A program made the position numbers and the translations under genes. From assembly GCF_009914755.1 (NCBI RefSeq), contig NC_060947.1: a stretch of DNA of 64,000 nucleotides, one strand, 5' to 3'. The notes beneath the pieces are model-generated. The model did no database searches. It was not told the origin of the DNA and saw nothing but the letters and a program-made list of their open reading frames with translations. This stretch comes from the human T2T-CHM13v2.0 reference genome, Homo sapiens. This document shows positions 39,911 through 55,813 of this stretch, in pieces; within the stretch, counting starts at the first letter, position 1, and every line of letters starts with the position of its first letter.

Positions 39911-40296
39911 TATATTATTAGTCCAGACGTTCTCACACTGCTATAAAGAAATACCCAAGACTGGGTAGTTTATAAAAGTAAGAGGTTTAATTGACTTACA
40001 GTTCCACATGGCTGCGGAGGCCTCAGGAAACTCACAATCATGATGGAAGGCAAGAGGGAATCCATGACCTTCTTCACGTGGCGGCAGGAGAGAGAAGAGT
40101 GAGGAGTGAAGGGGAAAGAGCCATTTATAAAACCATTATATCTCATGAGAACTCACTCATTATCACAAGAACAGGATGGAGGAAACCACCCCCGTGATCT
40201 GATCACCTCCCATGAGGGGTCTCCCTAGACATGTTGGGATTATGGGGAGTACAGTTCAAGATGAGATTTGGGTGGGGACATAGCCAAACCATATCA
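39911..40296 (-). mobile_element. THE1 (C/D-like) solo LTR inside L2-like sequence
   Basis: TCTCACACTGCTATAAAG...GAGATTTGGGTGGGGACATAGCCAAACCATATCA. TSD GCAAG (39906-39910, 40297-40301). Confidence 0.9.
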
Positions 40297-41029
40297 GCAA
40301 GGGAAGAAACCACGCAGTTGTCTGTAATAGGAATTTCAGGATGAAGGAACTGCTAGGACAAAGGCTCTGAGTCAGAAGCACATTTGGATAGTCACAGTAA
40401 GTGGGAGTGTGGTAGGAGATCAAGTCAGAGACGTAATGAGGTAATAGGAAACTTGGGCCATGGTGAGAAATTTTATATTGGCTAGATGAGTTAAGAGTGA
40501 AATAAGCATTAAGAAGGAAGTAAGTGGTTGGGTAATTGAGTAAAATATGGTTTGAGTGCCTCAAAACAAAGAGCAAATATGAATAGAGAAAATACTATTT
40601 CCCCAGCTAGCAAAGTATTTTTGGAAAAATTAATATCTTCTCACTAGACATATGTATATATCCAAGCTATTTAGGTAAATAATTTGATTTAAACTGATAA
40701 ATAAATTAAGATATTTTACAATCTTTCATTCTTTTCATTTTTTTCATTTATTTCTTGAGTATCTATTATGTATCAGAAGACAAAATCACATCATACTCTC
40801 AAGTTTACAGTCTAAGTCTACAACGTAAGTCTAATATATCCAGCCAAAGTTAGATTTGCATTTATTTTGCATGATAATGTTAGAATGGTTTCAAGTAACA
40901 CTTGGAAAGATAACCTAAAATGAAAAAGTTTAGAGAGTGAAATGCATATTATTTTTTATGTGGGAAACATGAATCTTAGTTGTGAAAAATAGCCTTGATG
41001 ATACTCTGAGGAAAAGTAACCAGGTTTTT

Positions 41030-43250
<2,221 letters not shown>

Positions 43251-46200
43251 TGGGGAAAGGAAGTTAAAGTCACTAGGTTTATTATTCCTTGCAACATAAA
43301 TTAATGGCTCTGGGGGGATATATGCAGGTCTCTCTGAAAGTGTCTATTGTGAACTTCTAGTTTTCTTTTTTTCGAAAGCCTTGACCATGCAGAAACATGA
43401 AACTGTTCATATAGCATTGTTTCCTGACAGTTTATAGCCAATCTATGTCAGTTCCATAATTTTTAAACTTAGAACATTTCATTAACCTCCTTATTTCCTT
43501 TTTATAAACATCTTCATTTTTCAGGCATTGCATTTAACTTGATTCTGAACCTTACTCAGATGATTAACTCAATCCTTTAAGAAGATATTGAATTTCTGAA
43601 GAACTTTCTCAATAATGTTGATTTAAAATGATTAATGATAGTCCCTTTACTTCCCATTCATGCTTAAATTTTATAAAATACAATCCTTTTTATTTAGAAT
43701 TTAAAGAATTTTCCTTAAATATTGTGAGGTGTAGCAGTAACAGCTTTTTGTTTTGAGCAAAACTTTTCTCTGGTTATAGTAAAAACTGGTTTATTCCCCT
43801 TCGCAAATTTGCAAACTCACCAAAAGCCCTCAATCTGTTCTTCCACAAAGATGTAATAAAGCAATTTGCTGTTGAATTCTCAAAATACAAGTATGGCTTT
43901 AAAAACAACTTCTTCTGGATATATTTTGTGCAACAGCATTTTAAAATTCTTGTTTATTCTTTTGACCACCTGTGAAATTTGGAGTATTGTATTTTAGCCA
44001 GGCTAATATAATCAATTCTGCCAACTCTATGTCAACTACAAGGAAATATTCTTACTTAAAACAAATAAATACCACTAATTAGCTCTTCATTTCGTGAAGT
44101 CTGAGAATGTGAGGCTCAGATAGTAACCATTGAAAAAAGACAACTCAGAATGTTGTTATTTGAGCATAATTCTATTGGTTCTCTGACATGAAAGGAAGCC
44201 TTTCTCCCCCAAACTTCAAGGGATTTTCTTTATTTGATCTGAGAATCACTGATAACTTTTGCCATTCTCAACCCAACCTGATTCCTTGTTTGTTATGATT
44301 TTAACAGTGACAACAAGGAAAAACATTTGATGTTAGTAATATGTGAAATCTTAGGATTCTGTGTCATTCCCTTTATTTTATAGGTCAATACATATTTAAT
44401 ACATTTCTACTGCATATATAGAAAAGGAAAGTGAGATTTATATACTAAAGCATGAAGTACAGTGTCACAAAAGCAGAAGAGGAAAGAATTTCAAGAAGGC
44501 TGAAACTGTCATCAGTGTTAGGTTCAGCACTATGTTTTCATTAAAAAAAGAAGAAATAATTTTCATTTGAAAAGTTAAAAAAAAAAAACGTTTTGTAAAG
44601 CTTTTGGAATGAGTCTTACTATACTACACTTGTTTTTGTAAGACTGCCTGACCCTAGGAATTCTAAGATAGATGACTAATATAGATAATGGTTGCTGCTT
44701 AAGTGTGCTTATGTGTAACCCTAATTCATCACTGTCCAATGGTTAATAGATTTAGAGTAGCTGCATTAAAAAAAAAAACACGTGAGGTCTTTTTTTAAAA
44801 CATAATCTGTCTTGTCTTTGTCATTTTGGCAATAGAAAATGTAGTTTTATTTTGATAAAGGTTGAAGAATTTATTGGGAGAAGATATCTGATGGCATTAA
44901 AAATGTCTCCCTCAAAGCAATTTAAGATATCAAAGTTACTTATTGAGGCTCAATCTGTTGACACAGTCATACACCAATAATTTCCTAAAAGCAGTACAGA
45001 ATACTAATGGGTGATTATTTTTTAGCAAAGAAAATGCAAATATATTCTGAATTGAATGAATGTTATATTAAAATTAGATGACGAATATTTGAAATGAAGG
45101 AGAAAAAGTTCATTAGCAGAAAAATCTCATGAATCATTAATATTTCCACTATAGAGCAAGTTGATTTTTTATTTTAGTACAGTAATGCATAGTATCACAT
45201 CAAGTCATCTTTTGTTTATACGGTTAAAAGGAATTTTTCAGGAAAGTATTTACTTCATAAATAAAGCTTTTTTTTCTGGAAGTAATTGAGGTTGCATAGC
45301 AGTGTCTTCAGTACGGTTAATGTTCAAAGTGAAAAGAAAATATACACAAACTTTGGGTGGAGAATAATACAGATTTCAAACACATCAATAATTCATTTGA
45401 CATGAAGCAAGGAGGGGCGGTGTGTCCTACATGCTCTGCCATTTTCTCTGCTAGAATTCCACTTCCCCCATTGTATCCTCTCAACTCCCACAACTCCTCT
45501 TTAAATTTTAGTTCAAATATCACTTCCTCAGGAAGGCATTCTCAGATTCTCAGATATTGTCAGTACCTACTCTATACTTATTTATACCAAGTACTTATCA
45601 CATATAGAATTAAAGATTGGTCGTTTAATGGTGTTATCTGTCACTAAAAAGAAAGTTCTTATTGTCATGGAACATGACCACATTGTTCACAGTTGTATTC
45701 CTATGTCCAGAAATGGCACTTTGAACATAATGTCCACTCAATAAATGTTTGCTTGGATGACTAAAAAAGGAGATTTTTTAAATGGGGCTAGAAGGTATAT
45801 TGCTTCCAATCGTCAGGGACTTTGGATTTGTGTTTGTGTGTTTAGGCTACTAGGGAGCCATGAAGAGTTTTTATCAGTAGATTGACAAAAGGAAAGCAAT
45901 ACTCTTGTCAGGTTGTAATGTGTAGAGAGCTTTAAGTGTAGCAAAACTGCAGGGAAGGACACTATCAGAGTACTGATGGCAGTTCACCTTGAAGACAGTA
46001 TGGTAACAATAACATACGAGATGGTAGCATTGGGAAAATATTCATGATACATTCCAAGGGAAGAATTTATAGCACTTTGCCTTTGATTCCATGTGGAGGA
46101 GGAGTATCCTAGATAATTTTAAGGTTTTGAGCCAATGGATAAGATGAATGGTAATGGCATTACTGAAGAAAAGGCAATTCAAGAAAAAGAGCATGTTTGG

Positions 46201-47564
46201 GGAGGGATAACAGTAGCAACAAAGGCAACAAATTGCCTCTTAATGAGAACATGCTGTCTTATATCATAGTAGATACTACACACATTCTTTCTAATTTGTG
46301 CAGTAATTCAGTGTTACTCTTCCATTTGAACCGTTATGGAAGGTAAGGCTCTTAGAGGTTAAGAAACTTGCTTAAAGTCAAACAGTTAGGATGTGGCAGA
46401 ATTTGGATTTTATTCCGGATTTTATGCTGGCTCCATTATGCCATTTTTGAGAGGATAAGATGTTAAATTAAGATAGAGAAATGATAGAAAAAATATGTGT
46501 ATATATACACATATACAAACATCCATGTATATAATGTCTGTATATATAACTATAGATGTATGAGTGTGTGTGTCTCCGTGTGTATATTTGTTGTGTATGA
46601 GAAATTGAAACACATTTATGTATGGATATTTAGCAAGTGGTGAGGAACTTTGAGATGAGGATTCTGCAGTGATATTGATGTTGGAAATGGGCAATTTATT
46701 CCCATATCAGGTTCTAACATTTAAAATGCACCTGAATTTGTATTAAGAAACTTGTCTTGCTAAATTTTAATTCTATCAGATTAATAATAGCCACAGAGCT
46801 TGTAAAGGGAATCATTATTCTAACCTTTTGAAAAAATTTTTTTGTAGCTCAGTTTAAAAAAATGGAATCATCAGCAAAAGTTTATGGTTGTTTTGTCATC
46901 CAGAGTGTTTCCATTAAAAAGGTTTTGTGATTATTTTATTCAGTTATATTAATAATAAAATTCGTTTTAATTTATATTTATTGTGTTCCATCAGATTCTT
47001 CTATTTGTGGTGACAGGTAACTTAACACCCTTGAAAACAGCTGTTTACAAGATGCCATTCTGTAATGTGGGTTTCTTTCTCTTCTAATGGGAGGTCCTAA
47101 TGAGCAATGTAATGATCCAGGAAGATGAGCAAAAGGACTTAATAATTGAAGATTGAGTGCAAGAAGTGTTCTGTAGAAGTTTATTAAAAATAATCATTGG
47201 GTATTTTGGAGATAATTATTTCACATTAGAATGGAGAATATGATTGTACCAGAAAGGAACATGGGCAATCATTCTGTCTATCCTTGTAAATTCTTGATCT
47301 GCACCTCTAGAATTTTGGTTCTGGCCAGTTTATGCTGACTACATCCATTTTTGAATTACATACATAATTTTAGATTGTACTTCATAGTCTTATGCTTAAC
47401 AGTGTGTTGCCTTTGAAAGGTATTTCAGTTTCAATGTAAGCATTTCTTAGCTCCTCAAATTGATGGCAAGCTCCTCCTTTAAGGTCAGCATATGTTTTCT
47501 GGAGATTTTTATATCCTTTAAACTGCCTAATGGTGAGCTGAATACAAAATAAAAAATAATACGT

Positions 47565-47710
47565 AGGCCAACTATTTGGAAGGCTGAGGCAGAAAAATCA
47601 CTTGAGCCCAGGAGTTCAAGGCTGCAATGAGCTATGATTGCATCATTGCACTCCAGCCTGGGTGACAGAGCAAGACGCTGTTTCTAAAAATAAAATAAAA
47701 TAAAATAAAC
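47565..47710 (+). mobile_element. FLAM/AluJ monomer fragment
   Basis: CACTTGAGCCCAGGAGTTCAAGGCTGCAATGAGCTATG with a (TAAAA)n tail. Confidence 0.8.
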
Positions 47711-48951
47711 TTAGGGAATTAGATACAGCATCTCTTATGGCATAGAAACATGAAGATATTTGTTTCTGTCAACTCAGGGTGAAAATAATCTGATGAAATG
47801 GAACAATCTAGTTGAAGTTCAGCTCTGGCTATATGACTTCCGCTTTCTCACCTATAAAATAGTGATAATCAAAGCATTTACCAGTTGTATGTTATCAGAA
47901 ATTGAATTTTAGGTACTCCTGTGAGCATTTGGAATCTTGTTAATGTTATCATTTTTCCTAATACCATCATGTGATATATAATACTGAGAACTTGGAAATA
48001 CTACCTTGTGTTTTTATACCCAGAAAACTCAAGTAGATACAAATAATTAGGGTAATTTGAATGAGATAAATTTCAGAAATTAAACTAGTCAAAAATTTCA
48101 ATATTTCTACATTTTTTATGTGCTAAGTGAAGACCTAGGAAACTCAGTGGGATGACAGCAAATACCTAGACATTGTGCTGGATCGGTACAGAAAGATAAA
48201 TGAGGTATTTACCTCATTTATGGACTCTATACTTAGGACTCTATACTTAGGAAATATGGACTCTATACTTAGGAAACTTAGGGAATTAACATAAGCACAG
48301 GAAATATAACACACATATCAAATGTAGAGTCATCAATTATTTGAAAAATGTAAAATGTTCATCATATAGCCATCTACCATTGAATAATTTTAGATGATCT
48401 CAAGTCTCATTATTGTAAGTCACTTCCCCTCCTCCCACAAATGACCTTAAATTATTCCACCAACTCTGTATCTTATTACTTCTTTTGTCAAAGCGAATAT
48501 TTGGTAAGTAAAATTTTAAGTAAATTGCTTCAGAATGTCACCATCTTATTTCAGACTTTCATGTACACTTCAACATTTGAACCTTTTTTTTTGTACTTAA
48601 TGGGACTAAAAATATCTGCACTACCTGTACGACACATTGTTATTTGAATACTTTGAAACTGTAAAACACTTTGCAAATACTGAGTATCATTATTTAACTC
48701 CAGCTAAACAAACAAGGTTGATATAGATGTTTTCAATGTTGCTGCCTGACAGCAAAACATGTGTTAGCTCAGCAAGAGATATTCTGTATATACTCTATGA
48801 AAATACTCGCAGATGAACTTTCCATTAATAAAAACTAATCGCTTGGTAAAGAGGATATTATTTGTTTCTTCTTCTATCCCATTTGTTACAAATTTAGGCA
48901 TATGAACTACAGGCATATGAAAATCCAGGTTTTACAGTGAAAACTGTAGAT

Positions 48952-49299
48952 CAGTGGCCCCCAACCTTTTTGGCACCAGGGACCAGTTTTGTGGAAGACA
49001 ATTTTTCCATGGACAGATGATGGGGGGCAGGGGCAATGGTTTGGGGTTGAAAGTGTTCCACCTCAGATCTTCAGGCATTAGTTAGATTCTCATAAGGAGC
49101 ATGCAGCCTAGATCCCTTGCATGCACAGTTTACAATAGGGTTTGTGCTCCTGTGAGAATCTAATGCCACTGCTGATCTGATGAGGCAGAGCTCAGGCGGT
49201 AATGCTTGCTTGCCCACCACTCACCTCCTGCTCTGCAGCCCAGTTCCTAATAGGCCATAGACCAGTACCAGTCCACAGCCTGGGGGTCGGGGAACCCTG
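48952..49299 (-). mobile_element. MER1B, opposite orientation to the copy at 36692
   Basis: CAGTGGCCCCCAACCTTTTTGGCACCAGGGACC...GGGGAACCCTG. Degenerate 8-bp TSD CTGTAGAT/CTCTGGAT. Confidence 0.9.
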
Positions 49300-49907
49300 C
49301 TCTGGATTCTTGCTTCATTCTCTGATATTTTACCATGTTTTAAGAAGAGTTAGGGAAGATTATAGGTCTAGGCAATATAATGTAATGGCAAGTCCTCAGG
49401 CTCCAAAGTCATAGATTTCCCTTTGTATCTTGGCCCCAATGCTAATGATGTTTCTTTAGAAAAGTTGCTTAAAAATAACGTTTATTGAATGCGTATAACA
49501 TCTCAGGTACTGTTGCACATACTTTACATGTATGGGTTATTTACTATTCCCAGAAACACTAGAAGTACATTATTATTATTGTTTCTATTTGATAGATTAG
49601 GTAGCTCAGGTATTAAAGAGTTGACGCGAGATTTGATCCCAACAGTGTTTTCCAGAGCCTGTTATTTTTTTACACCATGCTTCTCAGGCTCTGTTTATTA
49701 TCTATAAATGAGATTAAAAGGTGATCTACTTTATCAGTTTTTGAGAATTAAATGAGACAATAGGTGATGAATAAATTACAATTCAACAGCACCTGTAAAT
49801 GCTCTTGATATATTCCAAACATCTGTTGGCCAACATATTCATTTTTTTTAACTTGGGTAGCAGTGTTAACACTAGCATAGCTTCTAAATAGTGAAAAAGA
49901 AAAAACA

Positions 49908-49956
49908 AATATATCTATCTATCTATATATGTATGTGTATATATATATATATATAT
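49908..49956. repeat. (TATC)n/(TA)n compound microsatellite
   Basis: Seen directly. Confidence 0.9.
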
Positions 49957-52900
49957 GCTTGTTAATTTGAAATAGCTAATAAAGAACTAAGTGAAATCAG
50001 CTACTTACAAGTAGAATGAAAACATTAAAACTAAGTACAATTTAAGAGGATGTAGTGCATTTTGATGGGCTGATTGTTAGTGTGGAAGAGACTTTATTTC
50101 TTCCCTACTAACATTCACTGTTAAATTGGATTAAGTTCCTAATTTTAGTCAGTCAAGCATATAAAACCTAGAATAACCACAGAGAGTAGGAGCAAATGTA
50201 GCCTACACCTTGGCCCCCAGCATCCCTAATGAGGGCACATAACTCCCAGAAACACTGTTTCCCCATTCTTAGGTCAATTCTTGCTGGGACACTGGCTTTT
50301 TATTCTCCCAGCTTACGTCATCATTCAGGAAGTTGTAAATAACAATCTATGAACATGCATTCAAAGGGAATGGTTACAAGCTCAGAATCAACCAGGGTCA
50401 CATCTTCATTTGGGTTTAACATATTCAAGAACTAGTGTACCCCAAGCCTAAAGGTAGAGACTACCTCCAGCGCTCTAGCCCAGAATAGCTGTGTATTGTC
50501 AAGCCCTAACAGTTTATGAATAGATGCTCTGCATGTGTTCTTTAGAGCTGTGCTAGAATTGTGTGTTTGAAACTTTAATTTGTGTAGGAAGCACCTGCAG
50601 AGATTGTTAAGGGGATGGTGATCTGGTTGGCCTGACTTGGGGAGTGAGTTTTCTGCATATCCACCAGATTATCAGAGGATGCCCATGCAGCTGGTCATTG
50701 GAGCAAACTTGGAATACCAAGCCTGTAAAGCACAGATGATGCATTACCTAGGTGAGCTTCACACATTTGTAAGGAAGTTTTAAGATCGATCTTGTCAGAT
50801 ACCCAGAGCCAGATGACTGCATTTTAAATCTGTGTGCTGCTCTGTTTTTTAAAACTAACATTTCTATTCTAGGAATCTTTTATTATAATTTAGATCTGGA
50901 ATGACTTTTTTCTAAATGGCTCCCAATGTAATGACTGTGTCTTCAGATTCAGCAACCATGTTTTCATTATCCTCTGAATCACAGAGTATAATTGTGCATT
51001 ACAGTTTGGGGTTTGTTTTTCCTACTAAGAAACTCCTTTTCCTTGCGTCCTTTCTGATAAATATCATTATTTTTTCCACTATGGAATAATTCTACTTCAC
51101 TTTTGAAACATAACCTCATTTGAATGTATTTTAACTGGGACTTCATTGCCTGAGGGAAGATGGATTATTAGTGACATGTGTCTTGCTTCTTGATACAGAA
51201 AAGATAATATAAAAGTAGTGTTTCTACTATATCTTAAAAAAAGCTTCATATAAGCCAATTTTCTTTAATGATATTGTAGCAAGGGAAAATATTGTACAAC
51301 TCATTTACCTTCATTTTTACATATTTTTCAACCTCAATGATAATTCTGGAGATATTCATGTGCCTTATCTTGAAATCAAATTAAATCATTCTTTTGTGAT
51401 ATGACACGCAATTTGTGACATTTTGAGCCAACAGTATATTAAGATTTAATTTTCAGTTCATTATAGACCTAGTGCCTAAATGAAATTTATTGAGACTAAG
51501 TAACTCTGCAGTGATTGTGGGCTGATGGTTCAAGTACAGTGATTCAGTGATTCTTAGTAGGGGAGAAGATAGGCCATGTAATTGAACTTATCTCTGGATT
51601 TTTGAAAGGTTGAGGCAATACCTGTTCTTCCAACCCCTCACTGGCTCCACATTTCAAACACACTATACCTGAGTTGGAAATATCAGCAAATGTGTTTCTA
51701 GATGGATATGTGAAAATAAATAATTATTGGCTTACTGTGTTTTTTAAAATTGTGGTATACCATACGTAACATTTACTGCTTTAAACATTTTAAGTGTACA
51801 GTTCTGTGGCATTAGGTACATTCACATTGTTATGCAGCCATCATCACCATCCATGTATAGAACTGAGCTACTATTTTTTAAGATGTATTTTTTCCCTTAG
51901 ATTCTTCTCTTCTGAGTTTGTTAATGATGTCCAATTAAATGTATGCTTATTTTATATGTATGAGGTTACTTTTTAAATGGGAAAGTTGAGCTCCATCTGC
52001 CTGAGGGCACTGTAAAAATTTAACTTTCAAAATATAATTCCTGTTTTGCTGTTGTTGTTCCTCATGATTTCCTTTTTTATATGAATATTTTCTTTAAACA
52101 TATTGACAGTCAATTTGACAAGCTGTCACTTCTGGCAAATGCCACTTTTTCCATTAGTAACTTCCTTCTTTCAAGAAACACTATTAGTCACTATATCTTA
52201 TTATATTAAACATCTCCTTTTAACACTGGTAACATAAAAATGTTTTACTAACAGTTCTCACACAAAAATATCATATTGAAACAAAAATTAGAGGACCAGA
52301 GGCATTTACTCAGAAAGAACAAACTTTTTCTTAGTAATGACAGTGACCCAACCAATCAAATAAATTGAAGAAGTAATAAAATGAATGCATTTTTATCTGA
52401 AACGGATGCCACCAGTAACATTTTGGGAATTCCAATTTAAAAGGCCCAATGCCCCCCATGCAAGATTAGTTTTTCAAGATACTTTTACAGGGCTAGGACA
52501 TTAAAATATTTGCTTCTCTATTGGAGCAGCTCTTTCAACAAGTTGGAGGACTGATCACATCCCTTTGCCAATTGCAGTTCAGATAGGCTCTGGGAAGGCA
52601 AAGTACAGGATGTCATGCAAGTGAAAACAGAAGTGATTAATCTTATGGATAGATCAAGGAAATTTATCTGAACTTTAGAAGTGAGACTTGATGCTAAATA
52701 GGTGTTTGGTGTATGAAAACTAAGGATGAAGCATTCCTGGTAAATAGAAAGGCCTGATTGAAAGCTCTGAGCTGGGAACACAGCAGAGGGAAGCCTACTT
52801 TGGAAGGAGGGATTGGTCTGGCAAAGTGCTGGATAACACAGGTTGTAGGTCATATAAAACCTTGTAGGGGGTTTGAGCTTCTTGAAGCCTATGAGTGCAA

Positions 52901-53499
52901 TGAGAAGCCACTGAAAGGTTTTTAGCAGGAAATTAACATTGTTTCTAATTTTTATTTTTAGGAAAATAACTTGCTACTAAGTGGTGAATGGGAGACAAGA
53001 GTGTCTGTGAGGCTAAAGGCTGTTCTTGCTGAAGCCCCAAAATACTTATTTACTCTTTCTTGGTGTAAATGAGATGAAAGATACTACAGGAACATCACAT
53101 GTGTTCAATAACTGCGCGAGTGATATACTTCCCTACGGGGACATGAACAGTACTTGAACAGCTGTTAATGTCTGTTGCCCTTAGGAAATTTATTTCATCA
53201 AGCATACAGTGTTTCAACCCTTATTAACTTATTTCATAAGGCATAATATATCTGACTGTGATCTGTTCACTTAATGCTACTCTGCTCTTTGCACGAGCAT
53301 GGGACAACCAGTTGCTCTCTGTAGTCGTAGTTTATTAACGTGCAATTAAAGACATTTATCATATCTCTGAAAATGTCTCTTCTCCCATAAAATTAACATC
53401 ATCTCCTCAAAAAGATGCTTACGATATATGCTGGATTATAGTTACTGTTAAAATGTATTCAGAAACAAAAATAGAATTGAAAACTATAGAGGAATTTTT

Positions 53500-53720
53500 T
53501 TAAAGCATGGGCTTTGGAATCAAACTTGTGTTTGAATTCTAGTTCTGCCACTTACCAGTCATTTGCACTTGAGTAAGGTACTTATCCCTTCTGAACTTCA
53601 GTTTTTCATCTGGAAATAGGCATAATGACATCTACTTTATGAAGTTGTTGGTTATGTAAAGCCATCTATGAAAAATGGTTAGACCAGTGACTGACACATA
53701 CGCATTCCATAAGTGATAGA
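53500..53720 (+). mobile_element. MIR
   Basis: AGCATGGGCTTTGGAATC...TTTGAATTCTAGTTCTGCCACTTACC...CAGTTTTTCATCTG. Confidence 0.75.
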
Positions 53721-55538
53721 TACATAAATAATATAAATAAAAAATGAATGCTATAGCTGACAAATGTGATTAAAAAGTCTACAATGCAAATTATTTTTAT
53801 AAAGTATAAAATCCATGTGACCATATAATATACTAGGACAAGAATGCCTGTTAGATTTCAGATTCAAGACAACATACTAAGTTTAAGTGTAGTTATCTTT
53901 GCTAGGTTAGCTTTATGTATTTGCATGAATAATTGTTTAAATTTGTCTGATTGTACTACGGACTGGCAGGCAATAAATTTCATTATCTAGTCTTAAAATG
54001 TGAAGAGAAGACAGCTCAAAGTTCATTTCTCATGCCTGATCTTTCTGGGGGATACAATGTACAACATCAGATAATTCTTTTGCCTTCTTTTCTTTTGTGC
54101 ATCCAGTAACAGTTATATCATTTTTTTCTGAATCAGCCTTTTCACAAAACCATTATGTGATAAGCTCTTGTCTTGGAAAACCTCAACAGCTTCCTCAACA
54201 CCTATATTTTAAATCCTGCTTAAATGAGATTAAAATACGGCACTCTGTTAAGCTGTAAAACTGGCTTTTTGCTTCTCAGTTGAGTGTTGGTTTGAATGTG
54301 TCATTTGACCTATATTGCTGCTCTGAATCTTCCTCGGTTGCCCCAATGATGACAGTTTCAATGATGTGGGTGTTTGCAGCAGAGTTGTTCCTAATAAGGA
54401 AGTAACGCTATTGTCTTTCAGACATCATTCAGCCTGAAAAGTACTATTTTTCCCACCTAGAGCTATAAATGTCTGTAAAATCTTTTCTTCTTTTGGTAGC
54501 ATTTGCAGCAGCAGCAGGAAAAAAAAATAGTCCTAGTAGATTTGCAGCTTTTGTAGTTTTGGGGTGTTGTGGTTCCAGGCTAAGATTCACTCACCCTTCT
54601 TCAAAAGTTGTATACAAAGGGTTGATAGCTAAATGGTGACTGAAGTACTTGATTTATTAGTATCTGGCAGTCATCCAATATGTACTAGAATACAAGACTC
54701 TCTGTCAACAATAGCTGCATAAAGAGCAAACTGCTCTGCCTGAACCTAAAATAAGGCCTTCTGCTGTCTGCCCGTTAATTGAAGACAAGTGGGCCAGGAG
54801 TGGCTGAGGAAAAACGAACAAAGAATAGGCAATTGTCATGCACATGGAGGCACTACCTGTGCCTCTTTGAGAAACAGAAATCCCCTGACCTGGTTCTTAC
54901 ATTGAGAGAAGCTAACCCAGCCCAGTAATACATTTTAGCTCCTTGCATGTATAATTATGACCATTGAAAAATAGGATACTACCTTTTTATTGGGTCAGGT
55001 AAGATGCAGGAGGAGGGAGAGCAAAGTGCCTTACTTGAGGGTGGGATTGAGATTAGAATGTGAAGAGAAGAGCAGAAAGCTTCCTTCTTACACAAATAAA
55101 GGTTCTGTGGATTCATCTAGAAAAATGAGTTAAAAAAAAAACGAGTGGAACTATAGTTTCTAAAGTCTGTGGAGTTGGGACAAATGGTAATTATAAAGAC
55201 TAAATGTGAATACTCATAGTTCTTTAATTTGATTGTATTACCACTTAATTCATAGTTTTGAAGGAAATAGCCATTATATTAGATGGCACATTAATTTTAA
55301 GATGCAACCCAATTTTCAAAATGTTAAAATGGAAAAGAAAGTTAAAGGGTGATTGTTAGGACAAGCATCTCCAAATACTCTGTGTGGAGGCATTTTAATT
55401 CCATGCTCTTGCAAAATTAAACTCAAAAATGTTTCAAATTACTGGGTGTTATATACCCTTCTGGTGGAAGCCACATTTTCTCTTTCCTTTCTTTCCCTGT
55501 CTACCCTCCCTCTTCCCCTTCCTCCCCAAATCTATCAG

Positions 55539-55813
55539 TAAAGACCACCTTGCTGTGGGCAGCTAGCTGAAAGAGACCATCTGCCTTAGGAATAGCCTAC
55601 ACTAGATTCAAACTACAAAGAAGCAGGTTGGGGGAAAGAGGAAGTGAGGATTTCAAGTCAAGAAAGCATCCTGCCTACTCTGGCAAAGTATTCTGCCAGC
55701 AGCATATTTGGATTCACACTGTGGGTTTAATTCTTTCCGTTTAATACTTTTTGTTGACCTTATAAAGCCAAAAAATAAAGGAACACCCATGGCACTGCTG
55801 GAAAGAGGTAACT
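55539..55813 (+). other. Candidate exon / alternative first exon with short ATG-initiated frame (MALLER) and splice donor
   Basis: Unique sequence. Long pyrimidine tract ending in CAG at 55538, AAAGAGGAAGTG ETS motif, ATG at 55789, GAG|GTAACT donor at 55807/55808. No homology recognised. Confidence 0.3.
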
